Origin: Euglena gracilis
Lineage: Eukaryota
Length of the DNA stretch: 64,000 nt
Reading direction: 5' to 3'
Assembly (NCBI GenBank): GCA_039621445.1
Contig: CP154954.1
Span: 42,964,632 to 43,028,631 of the forward strand
Shown here: positions 26,209-38,899 of the stretch, one piece after another
How positions within the stretch are numbered: position 1 is the first letter of the stretch
Layout: each line of letters begins with the position of its first letter
Notes under the pieces: model-generated
What the model was told of the DNA's origin: nothing
What the model saw: the letters and a program-made list of their open reading frames with translations, nothing else
Database searches by the model: none
Position numbers and translations under genes: made by a program

Positions 26209-29200
26209 TAAATAACATTCATATTCAGAAATAATACTCATAACTATAAATAATAAAACAAATAAATAAAAAAATGTTTTTTATTTCACAGGAACGTGCT
26301 AATGCATAAATGTTCTTGCTGAAAAAAAAAATCCTTCCCCGAGACAACATGTAACGTTAAATCAAGGAATAGGAGTAGGGTTACGATTTCATCCCCAGTG
26401 GTTGTCACCATTGCGCTCATCGTTGTTATGTTTCCCTCTACAGGGTACCAGCTGCCCCAAAGAGTCGCCCAATTAGGGTTAATGCACATGGGGGGACCCT
26501 CGCTCGGCGCCTTCGGCGCCTCGCTCGGGTCCCCCCATGTGCATTAACCCTAGTTGGGCGACTCTTTGGGTTCGCTGTGTACCCTGTAGGGGGAAAATTT
26601 TCACGTGTGAAAAAAAATATATATTTAGATATGATAAACAATTACAATAAAGACTGCCTCTTACACGGGAATGTACTCATGCATAACTGTTTTTTATTGA
26701 AAAAAATTGTCATCCCGAGGTCATTTGTATGAGATTTGAGATTTGAGATTTGAAACTCATTTTAAATGTCGCGGAACGGTTTTTTTTTTCCTGTGAGGCG
26801 GGTTTTTTTTTTCTGGGAGGCGGATTGAAAATGTTGTAATAATTCATGGTTTTTGGAAAAGTATATACTATAAGCCAGAAGGGAAGTGGTACAGCGACAT
26901 GTCACTCAGTCTCCGGTACTGTTATTCGCTCTGTTTCACCCACAGCACATTGTCGCCACTTGCCATCAATGAACACCCCTGAACCTGGATTGCACTCATG
27001 CGTTTCTTGTATGCTTCTGATCTGTGGCTCGTGTGGGTCAGTTTCAACTACAAGGTGAATGACAGTTGAATGCATGTGCGCAGCAGGAGGATCTTGAACG
27101 ACCTCGAACGACATTCGAGGAGGATCTTGATCCTCCTCGAACGACCTCGAACGACATTCGAGGAGGATCTTGATCCTCCTCGAACGACCTCGAACGACAT
27201 TCGAGGAGGATCTTGATCCTCCTCGAACGACCTCGAACGACATTCGAGGAGGATCTCGAACCACCTCGAACGACGTTCGAGGAGGATCGAGATCCTCCTA
27301 CTACTGTCCATCCCACTACCGTAACCCTCCCGGCGCCGCTTGGCTCGGGCCGGGGGGGGGGCGAGGCTGCCCCCCTATCCCTGCCCCCCCCATATCAGGC
27401 CCTTTTTGCCCTAACAATGGGTCATCCATCACACCATAAGATGGTGCTTCGCGGGACGTTTCGCCAAATCGCAATTCCGAATTCCGAAACGTGGCATCGG
27501 CGTTGACACCCACCCAAAACCATACGGTTTGCGCTTCGCGTCCCGTTGCCGTGGGGGGTCCGGCCACCGCCGCCCGCCGCCGGGCTCCGCCGGGCGGCCG
27601 CCTGCCGCGTGGAGTGCGCCGCGGTGGGCGCCGGCGCCGCCGGGCCGGGCGGGCCGTGGGCCGGCCCCCCAACCGGGGACGTGCGGCCAGGGCTCCCTGG
27701 GGGCAGGTTGGCCCCCCCCACAGCCAAAGGTTCCCTGGGGGGGGGGGGTTTCCGGGCCACCAACGGGCTGTTCCCTGCCCCAGACTCCCCTTCCCTGTGG
27801 ATGAGGTTTAGTTTCTGGTGCGGCCTGTTTTGAGGCGGGGCGGCTGGACGGAAACGGATTTTGGCCGCGTCTTGGTGGACATCGACCGAAAATGCCAGGT
27901 CAAACTTTAGTTGCATAGTTTGTTCATTTTTGGGTTTTTTTTCCGGATCAAGTTCGTCCTGGGGCAGCCCAGGTTCCAGCCGGGGACCCTTGATGAACCC
28001 CCATGTGCTTCACTCACCACGCAGCACTCACCGCCCATATGCAAGCCCGCGTGCCAGGAAAGCGAAACGGTTGTGCACTCAATTGCATATGTCGCTCATC
28101 TCTCAAAGCGGAGCCGCAAGCCAGCACAGAGGGCCCTGTGGCTGAGACGGGCAGCCTCAGGAGCCAGACCCTCCGCCTTGCCAACCCTTGCCCATGCAAG
28201 CTGCTGGTTGCAAACCCTGTTGTGTATGACCATCACCTCACAACTGACTCACCTGTTCTCGCCCAGGACGTTGCTTAAGAAAACTTGACCCCACCCCGCC
28301 AGCAGCCGCGGACCCCCCTCCCCCCCCCCCAGCAACGAGAGTATTTATTTCCACCCGCCCTTTGGGCGACTGGACGGTAACGGATTTTTCGCTTTCGGGG
28401 GTGCGAAAATGGTCCAAAAATGTGTCGGCAAATGGCTGTCCAGGACTTTTTTTGGGGTCAAAAAATCGGGAGTGTTTGATTGATGCGTCGGATTATGCGA
28501 GGTCGTCTCCCAGCCCCCCGGAAGTCCCCCAGTCTGTCCACCTTCTCTGCCCCGTTTCTTCTTTTTGGCACCGATTTGTTCGGCCCACTGTGGGCGGGGG
28601 CTTGGGGGGTTGAAGCCGGCACCGCCAGGGGGCCCTACCCCCCCCCCCATGCCTGTCCTGCCAGGCCGGTGGTTGGCCCAGGTGAGCGCTGTCGGCCCGG
28701 CCGGCAGCAGCGGGCCCACCCCATGCCCATGCCCCCCCCCCCGGGCAGTGCGGTGCGGGGCCAGGCTTCCAGCTCACAGGCGCCGAGGGCGGCCCGGGCG
28801 GTGCCGCAGGGCCAAACGCCGCAGAGGCCCCCGCCCCTGGAGAGCCCGGGCAGGGGGACCTGCAGGGGGGGGGGGGGGGGGCGGGGGGCGCCGGCCACCC
28901 CTCGCAGGGCAATGCCTGGTGGCCGTGGCAGTGTGGGCAGGAAGCTGGGTTGGGTTGAGACTCCGGACGGCGGAAGAAGGGCGGGGCGGGCAATTTTCTC
29001 GGAGACCCAGAACCCCCCAGACTGTCACTCGAAGGTGGCGGACGAATGGGAGGCGGCAGTGGGATGTGACTCCGTCTGGAGACCGAACCCCATCGCTGGT
29101 GCTCTGAGGCCGGGATGGAGCAGAGTCCCACCCTCTTTCTGGCTGGATTCTGCCTGGAGGGAACGGGAGACACCCCTAGTAGTTCACCCTGAGTCAAATG

Positions 29201-32200
29201 GCGAAAAATTTTGGTGGGTTTTGCTTAGGAGGAAAATCATGTTTTCGAAAAGAATTGCCTTTGAAATCACGGGGACGAGAAATATGCAAACACAACAGGA
29301 ATGGTGGGGGAGAAGGGAACCTATTGGCAATGAACAGGTGGGAAGGGGCGAGGTCCGGACCTAACGATCTGCAACCGCATCTGCAGACATCCCTGTTCAT
29401 GTCCAGAACGAACATCGATGCGACCACAAAGAGCACAATCATCACAAGGAGGGAGAGCACCATAACCAGGCTTTTGCTTGTTGGATTTCAATCCCCCGTC
29501 TCACTCAGGGAAACCTGCCTGGCGGACCGGGGGGCTTCCACTGGAGGTCATCAGAATTAGGATCACCCCAATCCTTTTTAAATGTACTCCGTGCTGCCAG
29601 CGACTTTATTGGAAATGCATATTTTCAGATGCAGTGTGAAGTTCGGTATGTGTTGGGGAAAGATGAAGAGAGAGAAATTTTGGCGGCCCTGAACTACAGA
29701 CCCCAGTAATGTGGTGACCATCCTCCCATGTAAGTGAGTTCCCAAAGGATGCACAGTGCCCAAATATGTGTCACACTCTGAGCCTCCGAAAGTGATGTCC
29801 AAGGAAGTGCACACCCCCTGTAACAGCCATTTTGAATTGAACCAATCTCAGGTTATGCCCTAACAAGTGCCTGAATGGGAATCCCCGAAATCCTGTGGAT
29901 GGTGGGTGGGGTCCCCCCCCCATCCTTGTGGGTGGGGGAGTCCGACCCCCCCCCCCCCCGCCGGGCCTTCCTGTGGGTGGTGGGTTGGGGCCGACCACCT
30001 CCCCCCCATCCTGGTTGTTGGGTCCGATCACCAGTCCTTGCCGTGCACTTAAATGGGAGGGGGTAACGAGAGAGGTCCATTTTTTTTAGGGCAAGCTGAT
30101 GGAGGTATTGTCGGCTTGGTGTGTTCTCTTGTGTTTGAGTTAGATTAGGAATACGTTTAGGGCTTCAATTGTCGTCGAAGAAAGGGTCAGTGTCATGGTT
30201 TTCCGAAGTTTGGAGGTTAGGCCGAATTTGGGCCTGAACGTCGGTGTCAGTTATTCCTAATTTTTGGCCAAGTTGGGCTGGGCTAAAACTTCACACAAAC
30301 TCTATTCCGCATCCGAACCCTGACCCTATCCCTTTACCTGGGGGCAGGCTTTTACAGCCAACTACAGGAAGAGCGATACGCAGGCCTCTTCTTCAGGCCA
30401 AGGCCTCCCTTCTGTGTGAGTTTATTTCACCAAACCCCACACCTGGGAAGACAGGTTTGGTCCTCCCATGTTCCAAAAATACAACCACAAAGCATTAAAT
30501 AATAAACGCATAATGTGGTCATCTTCAACTTGCTGTGCTGCAAAAAGAAATGGGCCTGAACCTGAGCACAAGCACAAGGAAGGAGAGTGCCATGAAGAGC
30601 ACAAGCACAAGGAAGGAGAGTGCCATGAGGAGCACAAGAAGGGAGAGCATCATGACGACCAGGCTGTTTTATTTTATGCGTGCTAAGTTAAAACGTCAAA
30701 CGAAGGTGACGTGTATGTTGGAATCAATTGGACTCTTTTGGTGAGAAGGAAAGGGGTTCTCCCATCATCGTTTAGCACCATCTTTTTTGAAGAAAACACC
30801 ACAGTATCAGAATTTTCCCCCTTTTTGCCTGTTTCATTTGCCGTTTGTGCAATTCTTGAGTTGCATTTTTAATTTGTTTGTGTGCATATTACCCCTTCCT
30901 GTTCACCCGAGGGGAGAGGCTGGCTTCCTTTCCAAGGCTTCTTTTCTTTCTTCTTTTCAAGACTTCTTTTCATGTCCCCGGAAAACCCTTCCCATCCGGG
31001 GGGGGAGATAGGGGGGGGATTTATCCGGTCTGCAGACGAGCATATGGTATTGTCGTGGAGAGCCAAAAAGTTTTGCCCTCAGACAGCCCGATTTTGGAGG
31101 GGGCCGCGCTGGGCTGGGTTGGGGGGACCCCCGCCTCCGCCCCCCAGGGGGCTTAAAATGAAGCCTGGCTGGGGTCAAGTTGATACTGGTGGGGTTGAGG
31201 TGGGCGGTGCGCAGAGCTGCCTTTGGCCAGAAGTGCCGTAAGCCCGGGAAGGGATCATTTTCGGCCCATTTCTGGTTCCCGGTTGTGGGATTCCACCATC
31301 CGGCCACCCCGCCACAGCCTCCGGACCCAAAGTGGGGGCCCAATTGCCCGGGTGGGGACCCCAACCCTTCATTCCCACTGCCGGTTCCTCCGGGGTTGCG
31401 GCAAAGGGCCTGAGCGGGAGGACTGGCACCGGGAAGGCTGCCACGAGGAGCACAAGGAGGGGGAGCGCCATCATCAGGGCAAGCATGAGGAGTGCGAAGG
31501 TGGGGAGCACCGCAAGGAGCACAAGGAAGGGGAGTGCCATGACGCCGACAAGCGCAAGGAGGGCGAGCACCACGAGGAGAGACGGCGCCGCGACATGCAT
31601 CAGGGAGGCGAGTCGCAGCAGGTGCTGAAGGAAGGCCAGCGCCAGGACCACGGCGTCGCTTAAGCTGAAGTGGACCCCAGGGTTTGGGGGGGGGGGTCCA
31701 GCCAGCAGGCAGCCTTTTTTTCCGGCCCCAGAACACCCCCCGTCCTCATCGACGAGCAGCAAAATGAGCAATCGGTGAGCAATTTTTCGTATTTTGGGGT
31801 TCAGAAATGGCGGGGAAAACAAACGGGCAGAAATGGACGGAATTGGGCTGGTTAGGGCAAGTTTCGGGTGAAAAAATGGACTGTTTTTCAACGTGGAAGT
31901 GGGACAGTGCTCCGGGGCGGCAAATATGGGTCACCACTTCGGCAGCAACAGTGATTGCACTGGCACCCGCTGGAAGGCAGGAGGGAATAAGGCAAAACCA
32001 TCTCTTTTTGCGGGTATTTTTTTTTGCAGTTTCGTTTTGTGTACCCAATTTAATCCCCGCTTGGGCCCAGTTCCAGCCCAGGACCCCTGCAGGGGTGGGG
32101 GTCACCTAACAGCCTATCTCCAGCCTGCCCACATTCCCCTCGGCCACTGAGCTGTAAAGTGACGGCGTGGGCTGGATGAGAAGGGGAAGGAGGGAGCCCA

Positions 32201-35150
32201 TCACGAAGAGCACAAGGAAGGAGGGCAAAACGAAGAGCAAAAGGGAGGAGAGCGCCATGAAGACCACAAGGAAGGAGAGCGCCATGAAGACCACAAGGAA
32301 GGAGAGCGCCATGAAGAGCACAAGGAAGGAGAGCGCCACGAAGAGCACAAGGAAGGAGAGCGCCATGAAGAGCACAAGGAAGGAGAGCGCCACGAAGACC
32401 ACAAGGAAGGAGAGCGCCATGAAGAGCACAAGGAAGGAGAGCGCCATGAAGAGCACAAGGAAGGAGAGCGCTATGAAGACCACAAGGAAGGAGAGCGCCA
32501 TGAAGACCACAAGGAAGGAGAGCGCCATGAAGAGCACAAGGAAGGAGAGCGCCATGAAGACCACAAGGAAGGAGAGCGCCATGAAGAGCACAAGGAAGGA
32601 GAGCGCCATGAAGAGCACAAGGAAGGGGAGCACCATGAAGACCACAAGGAAGGAGAGTGCCATGAAGACCACAAGGAAGGAGAGCGCCATGAAGAGCACA
32701 AGGAAGGAGAGCGCCACGAAGAGCACAAGGAAGGAGAGCGCCATGAAGACCACAAGGAAGGAGAGCGTCACGAAGAGCACAAGGAAGGAGAGCGCCATGA
32801 AGAGCACAAGGAAGGAGAGCGCCACGAAGAGCACAAGGAAGGAGAGCGCTATGAAGACCACAAGGAAGGAGAGCGCCATGAAGAGCACAAGGAAGGGGAG
32901 CACCATGAAGACCACAAGGAAGGAGAGCGCCACGAAGACCACAAGGAAGGAGAGCGCCATGAAGAGCACAAGGAAGGAGAGCGCCACGAAGAGCACAAGG
33001 AAGGAGAGCGCCATGAAGACCACAAGGAAGGAGAGCGTCACGAAGAGCACAAGGAAGGAGAGCGCCATGAAGAGCACAAGGAAGGAGAGCGCCATGAAGA
33101 CCACAAGGAAGGAGAGCGCCATGAAGAGCACAAGGAAGGAGAGCGCCATGAAGAGCACAAGGAAGGGGAGCACCATGAAGACCACAAGGAAGGAGAGCGC
33201 CATGAAGAGCACAAGGAAGGAGAGCGCCATGAGGAGCACAAGGAAGGAGAGCGCCATGAAGACCACAAGGAAGGAGAGCGCCATGAAGAGCACAAGGAAG
33301 GAGAGCGCCATGAAGACCACAAGGAAGGAGAGCGCCAGGAAGAGCACAAGGAAGGAGAGCGCCATGAAGAGCACAAGGAAGGAGAGCGGCATGAAGAGCA
33401 CAAGGAAGGGGAGCACCATGAAGAACACAACTCCAAGGCAGGAGAGATTCATGAAAACCACAACCACAAGGAAGGAAAGCATCATGACGACCAGGCTTTT
33501 TTCTTTTTCAAAAGCAAGGTTCGGGGCGTGTTGATGCTTGACACGCCCCATTCTTGCCAGGAAAGGTTCTTCATGCTGGAGGTTTCTGTGTGGTCGAAAC
33601 AAATCCCCGAGATATATTACATTTACTTTGGCGTGTTTGTTTGAATGTGTCGTTGCAGTTTATTGTTTGGCAATTATGGTTTGCAGTGAGGTCCCAAAAA
33701 AGGGGGTTCCAATCATCCTTTTGTTTTTTTCAAAGAAAACACCCAGTGTCAGAGTTCTATTTCCTTTTTTGTTTTTGTTTATGCCGTTTTGAGCTGCATT
33801 TTAAATTTTTTTTTGCATGTGCATTATCTCCTCCTGGGGGTCCAGTCAGCCAGCAGCCATCCTCGGACCCCTCTGCCCCCCCCCTTATCGGTAAGTTTAT
33901 TTCTCAGCCGCATTCAGAGCAGGTTGATAATGGATATTTGGCAAAAATGGGCCAAAAATAGGCAAAAAAATGGGTCGGAAAAGGGTTGGCCCTGGCAGTT
34001 TTTGGGTCGCCTTTAACAAAAAGGGTGAATAATTTTTTTCCACCACACAGACACAACTCCTGGGCAACAGGGCGTTGCTCAACGGAAACTCTGGGCTGGC
34101 TGGAGATCCGTTGCCCCCCCCCCCCAATGGAAGTCGCAGGGCTGAAACTAGGTCCGAGCTGAGTAACATCATTTCTGTCAATTATTGATAGTTTTATCGC
34201 AGCTGGTTTTTCGATTTTGCTGCTGAGCTCCCCCTTTTTCCGTGTGCCAGCGATGCCCCACGAGTGCTCCCGAACCCATTGGCAATTTGTCGGCAATTGT
34301 CTCAAGGGTGCCGAATTTTTGACCTGAGAATTAAAGAAGTAGGAAACGGGATTTCACCACAGGGGACCACCGTTCCGGCGACCTGGCGGTTGGACCCCAC
34401 GCAGGGGGGACAAGATTTTTTTACATGGCACGTCTAGAAAACTTTCTTTTATCTGTTGCACCTTTTTGTCGTCGTTTCGGAACGGTTTTTTTTGGTTTTG
34501 CATTCATTGGTCGATTGGCGTTTGTTTTGATGTGTTTTTTGGGCGCCTGTGGGGCCCATTCCTTCCCTCCATGATTTACCCTCCGGGTCTGGGTCGGGGG
34601 TTTTCAGCCGGAGGGGACCCTACCCCCCAGGGGGGTCCAGCCAGCCAGCACCTCCCAGCCGGGCTGCAGACCCCCTCCCCCCGGGTGTCCGCTGGAATAA
34701 AGCTCGTGCCAGCCCCGCTTCGCCGGGCTGGACCGAAAATTTTTTCTTGAAGTGAGGGTCGAAAATGGCCAATAATGGCGGTTTTGGGCGGTTTTGGGGG
34801 TTTTACCTCAAACCTGTGGCTGAAAGAGCCAGCTGGATTTGGGCTTTTGGGGCTTTTTTGGGTACCCGCCTGGTCCAGCTCCCAGTCCGGGCGGACCCCC
34901 CTCCCCTGGACCCCCCTGGGGGGCGGGGGGTCCAGCCAGCACCTTTTCCCAGCCGGCCCGCGGGACCCCCCCCCAGAGGGTCTTTAAGAAAACCCCTGCT
35001 CTGGGTGCCGGGGACCAGAGCCTGGGCAGGAAGGCGACCAACGCAAGGAGCGCCAGGAAGGAGAACGCCACCATGAGTGCCGGAGCGAGGAGGGCAGGGA
35101 GGCCCGTGCGGCCCACAGGGAAGGCCCCGATGGCAACCGTCGTTGTGGTC
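22067..35150 (+). CDS. Putative secreted protein, Cys-rich N-terminal domain plus very long His/Glu/Lys-rich repeat tail (paralog B), multi-exon
   Basis: Signal-peptide-like MNAAWGILLWLISHAVWG at 22067. Exons ~22778-22922, ~23649-23705, ~27590-27645 (ACRVECAAV), ~29375-29463, 30564-30656, 31418-31645, 32175-33488 and 35030-~35147. The last five join in phase 0 using CAG/CAC at +4 and CTG/GTG at -8. End approximate. Confidence 0.75.
22954..23335. mobile_element. hAT-like MITE nested in an intron
   Basis: Perfect 17-bp TIRs CAGGCTTTTGCTTAAGG / CCTTAAGCAAAAGCCTG. Perfect 8-bp TSD GTCCTCGT at 22946-22953 and 23336-23343. Confidence 0.9.
24992..25245. repeat. 43-bp tandem repeat (~6 copies), each an internal hairpin
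   Basis: Unit GATCCTCCTCGAACGACCTCGAACGACATTCGAGGAGGATYTC. No unique spacers. Confidence 0.9.
25819..25970. repeat. 152-bp near-perfect palindrome (copy 1)
   Basis: Arms CTACAGGGTAC...CCCAAAGAGTCGCCCAACTAGGGTTAATACACATGGGGGGACCC and its reverse complement. Core GGCGCCGAAGGCGCC. Confidence 0.9.
26438..26589. repeat. 152-bp near-perfect palindrome (copy 2, inverted relative to copy 1)
   Basis: Asymmetric positions and core are the reverse complement of copy 1, while the flanks are direct repeats. Confidence 0.9.
27086..27298. repeat. 43-bp tandem repeat (~5 copies)
   Basis: Same unit as 24992-25245. Confidence 0.9.
32199..33420 (+). repeat. Coding 27-bp tandem repeat (~45 copies) encoding HE(E/D)HKEGER
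   Basis: Unit CAYGAAGASCACAAGGAAGGAGAGCGC. Most variation is at third positions of the HEEHKEGER frame, and flanking exons encode the same vocabulary. Confidence 0.9.
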
Positions 35151-38100
35151 AGGGCTTTGTTTCAGAGGAGTGGCATCGTTCACAGGTTCACATGCCAGTG
35201 GGTCATCATTGTCGGCCCGATCCATTGCATTTCAGTTTGGTTTCATGTTTCATATATGACCCCGAGGGCAGTGTCACACCTTGCCCTCTTCAAGGGCAAG
35301 GTTCGAATGGAAGGGTGCCCCACGAAGCCGGCACAAGGACGCTCCTCCCAGGCGCATGGAAATGGCATTTGCCAAACTGAGTAATGCGGTTGAGGGGTTT
35401 GTTCTCAATTGAGACATCCAATGTGGTCCCGGTGGAGCCACGCCACAATGGTCAGGGCCCCATGTGGGATAAATATCTCACTCAGGTTCAGAAAAATTTG
35501 ATTATTGAGAAACTAGCATTTGTGAATTGTCCACCTCTGATGAAAGCCGGCCCATTATTCTTTAGCATCCAAACGCTTCGCGGGACTCTTTACGATCAAT
35601 GATCAGCCGTAGTGAGGTCTGCCAGTCGCCTTTGCAAGAACCTTGCCCAGCTAGGTGCAGGCCCTACACCACAGGCTGCCAGGCCCCCATGCTGTCAGGC
35701 CAGACCGCGCCTGTTGCACCGCATGGCAGACTCACACAGCATTCACACGCGCAAAAAAGACACTTGCATGATTTGTGTTGGTATTTCATCGGGGAAATGG
35801 TCCCAGGACACAAAAGTGCTGTCTGCATAGGGGGGGGGGGGCATTTTTTCCTGGGAGGGGAAGACGTTGTTTGTCCCCACGGTCCGCAGTGTCGCATGGG
35901 CCCCCCGAAGCGTGGTCCCCCCCCCCCCCCGGCCATGACAAAGCCGCTGGCCGGGGCGACGCCGGCCCCGGGGAGGCGGTGCTTTCCGGTCCGGCGGCGT
36001 GGCCCGGCCAGTGGCCGCTGCCCCCGCTGCTGGCAGAGGCACTGCGGGCCCGGGCGTCCTCCCGCCCTCCCACCTGTGGGGTGGGGGGCCTCGGTGGGAC
36101 TGTGGACCGGTGCATGGCGGGGGGGGGGTGGACCTCCCAATTAGGTTGTGGTTCGGTGGGGCTCTCACCCCGCAGGCCGGGTTGTGCAGCAGCAGACCCC
36201 CCCCCACCCCCATCCTGGTGGTAGGGGGGGGGGGGGGTATGGCAGGCTTTCCCGTATTTCCAGGGGCGCCGATTTACAGGTCAAAATACTCCTTCAATGC
36301 CGAAGGAATTTTCTTTGTGCGGATGCCATGGTGGGTAGGGGGGGGGGTCGACCCACCCCTCCCACCTCCCTGGTGGGGCGTCCCCCCCCTCCACCAGACC
36401 TCCCCGCTCAGCCCTTGGATTGCTGTGCGAGGTGGGTCTCTTCCCCCCCCCTCACAGACAGGCCAAGGCGGGAGGGCTGCGTTGGCCGCCACCCTTGATC
36501 CTCCCCTCCGGCGGCTGTGGCTGCGGGATGGGGCACCGCGTTGCCCGAGCCCCGCACTGTGCGCCCCCGACCATCTCGACGATGAATGGCTTGGCCCGCC
36601 GCCGCCTCACGGTATCCCTCCTTCTCCCCCCCCGCCCCCTCCCATGTTTTTCCGCGTGCAAATTTCCTTTAACACCGAGGGAATTTCTGCAAAGAGGGAA
36701 AAAACACACAAGGTGGCCTGTGGCTCGGTGCTCACCAGCCGGTTTGTTTGGCTGTTTCACTGCCCCCTCTCTACGCTTGAAATCAAATTCCCAGAGACAC
36801 ATACCAATGCTGCCGGTGTGTCCGACCCCCCAAACAGCTGACTGGTTTTTGGCTCCAGACCACCGTTTCAACATCTGTGTGAAACACCACATCCTCCCCG
36901 GAGTGTGGGGTGTACGCCAGGAGTCAAGTTTTGACGCGGCCGGCTAACGGCTAAATTTTTTTCAAGGGTTTCCGGTGGAGTTTGTGTGGGTTTTGGGTTT
37001 GGTGGGTGGCTGGTTGACCCTCCCGGGGAAAGGGAGCAGGCTTGTGCTTAGTCGGGTGCCTACCCCACGGGGGGGGGGGGTGCTAGGGGCAGGCACTCCT
37101 TAGCACCCGATCCGACCCCCCCCCTGGGGGGGGTAGGGTTTTGGGGGGTGCCTGCCCATAGCAGGCACTGCTATGGGTTGCCGGTCGGTGGCTGTTTAAC
37201 TTGGAAGACCCCAGGGGGGGGGGAGGCTGAATGCGGGGAGGGGGGAATTGCCTGCCCCCCAGTAGCACCAATCCCCAGGGTTGGGTGGGAAGCTCCGCAG
37301 ACATGAGGTAGGTGGTAGGGGGGGCCCCCTCCGAGATTCCCATGCCAGCCGGCCCATCCCCACCCCCACCCCCACCCCCCGCCCGGAACGGCCCTCTCTG
37401 GCCCCCTCCTCTCGCCCCTGAGAGGGCGGCGGCCCCCCCGGCCCCCGGCGTGCCCCGGGGCCAACCCCGCCCCACCCCCGTGTGCACTGCGCCGCCCTCC
37501 CCCGCCCCTCCCCCTAAGGCTTAGGCGGCGCGAATTGCCCAAATTTTATGCCATTTTTTAGGCGGTCCAAGTGTGCGGGTTTCCGTGTAGGCCACCCCAC
37601 CGAAACTCAACTGATATTTCTGACAGTTAATACAACCCAGGAATTGTATGCGGGTTTCCGCCTGTTTCCACTGTTTTGACACGTGACCCATTTTGGAAAT
37701 TAATGGTGAAAAAGGGGTGGTTCTGTGAAATACCCCCCAGAAACCTGGCCGAAAATGTGAAAATGGAGAAGGGGTGGGAGAACACCTGGCCATTGGAGTC
37801 CCGGCCGTGTCACGACGGAGCCGGACCCCACCTCCGGGAGGGGGGTGACATGGGGGAACCTGTGAGGGAGAGGCACCCGCGTAAGCAACCCGTGCACTTT
37901 TTGAGGACTGGTGAGTGCCGACGAGCAGTGACGGGAGGGGGAAACGAATACCACTGCGGAACTGACTCTGTAATTTTTGACAGATGAGGTGTTGAGCGGG
38001 AAACCGCGCAGAACAGTTGAACGATCTGAAAGAGATTAACATTTCAAGAGGGCGCTGAATGACCAAGGCAGGGTAAAAGTGAACTTGTGCGGTTATCCGT

Positions 38101-38899
38101 GCAAAAACACACTGGGAAACCCCTGGGGACGTTGGACTGTAAACTGGACGTGACATCCAATGGGGCACCTGACCCAAGGCAGCCCTCTTCCCATGCCCCC
38201 TCCCCCTCACCGCCCGCCTGCCAGAGACTGCGATAGCACACGAAGCGCAACGACAGAAAGAAGGGTGGGAGGGGGAGGGTGTGTGTGCGGATAACCGTGC
38301 AGCTTGGTCCCGGTCCTGGAGGGGTCCTTGGTCCTGGGGGGAAGAGAGCGAGACGAAGTCTCTGTGGGCGGTCCAGAGGGGAAGAGAGAGAGACACACGG
38401 AGGGGACGAACGGACAGCCGAATGGGTGGTCCAGGTCCAGGGCACACGAGATGTGGTCTCAGAGAGGGGTGTGCGTCAGAGAGGCATCTCACACTCCATA
38501 CACTGCACTCGCAAAAGGGTTGGTTGGGCGCATTGAATGGGAGACCAGGAATGTGTGCCCTGGACCTCACACAGCGGTTTGGGGCGTCCGGTGGGTCCCA
38601 GGTGGAAAAAGGGTACGATGGAGTGGTCCAGGGGTTGGGTTCCTGTCGAAAGGTGAAAGGCGTTTGGGCAGTCCCGGGGGCAGTGGGTGTGCGGTGAGGG
38701 TGTGTGACACACGAAAAACCAAAGCAGCGGGCGGTCCCAGGTTCAAAAGTATCGGGCGGTCCATACAGGAGGGGCAGAGGGAGCTGCTCCGACGGCTGCC
38801 CACGGCCGTCCACGGCCGTGCACTCGGTGGGGATGGCGGCTGCCTGCCGCCCCGCCGCGCCCGGCCCGCCCGCCCGGCCCGCCCGGCCCGCGCTGCTGC

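Larger units (their letters stand above)
24903..27307. mobile_element. Composite foldback-like element in an intron of paralog B
   Basis: Inverted termini ACAGTAGGAGGAGG / CCTCCTACTACTGT. Subterminal 43-bp hairpin repeat arrays at both ends. Inner inverted repeat TCCTCCTGCT...CATGCATTCA (~25241 / ~27068-27092). Internal direct duplications. Confidence 0.55.

Noticed and set aside
24992-27298. 43-bp palindromic repeats as a CRISPR array
   Set aside because: Units are head-to-tail with no unique spacers, there are no cas genes, and the context is eukaryotic.
32106-33602. 498-aa hydrophobic minus-strand ORF and 455-aa STRKESAMK plus-strand ORF
   Set aside because: Alternative frames of the 27-bp repeat. 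Splice phase, third-position variation and neighbouring exons support the HEEHKEGER frame.
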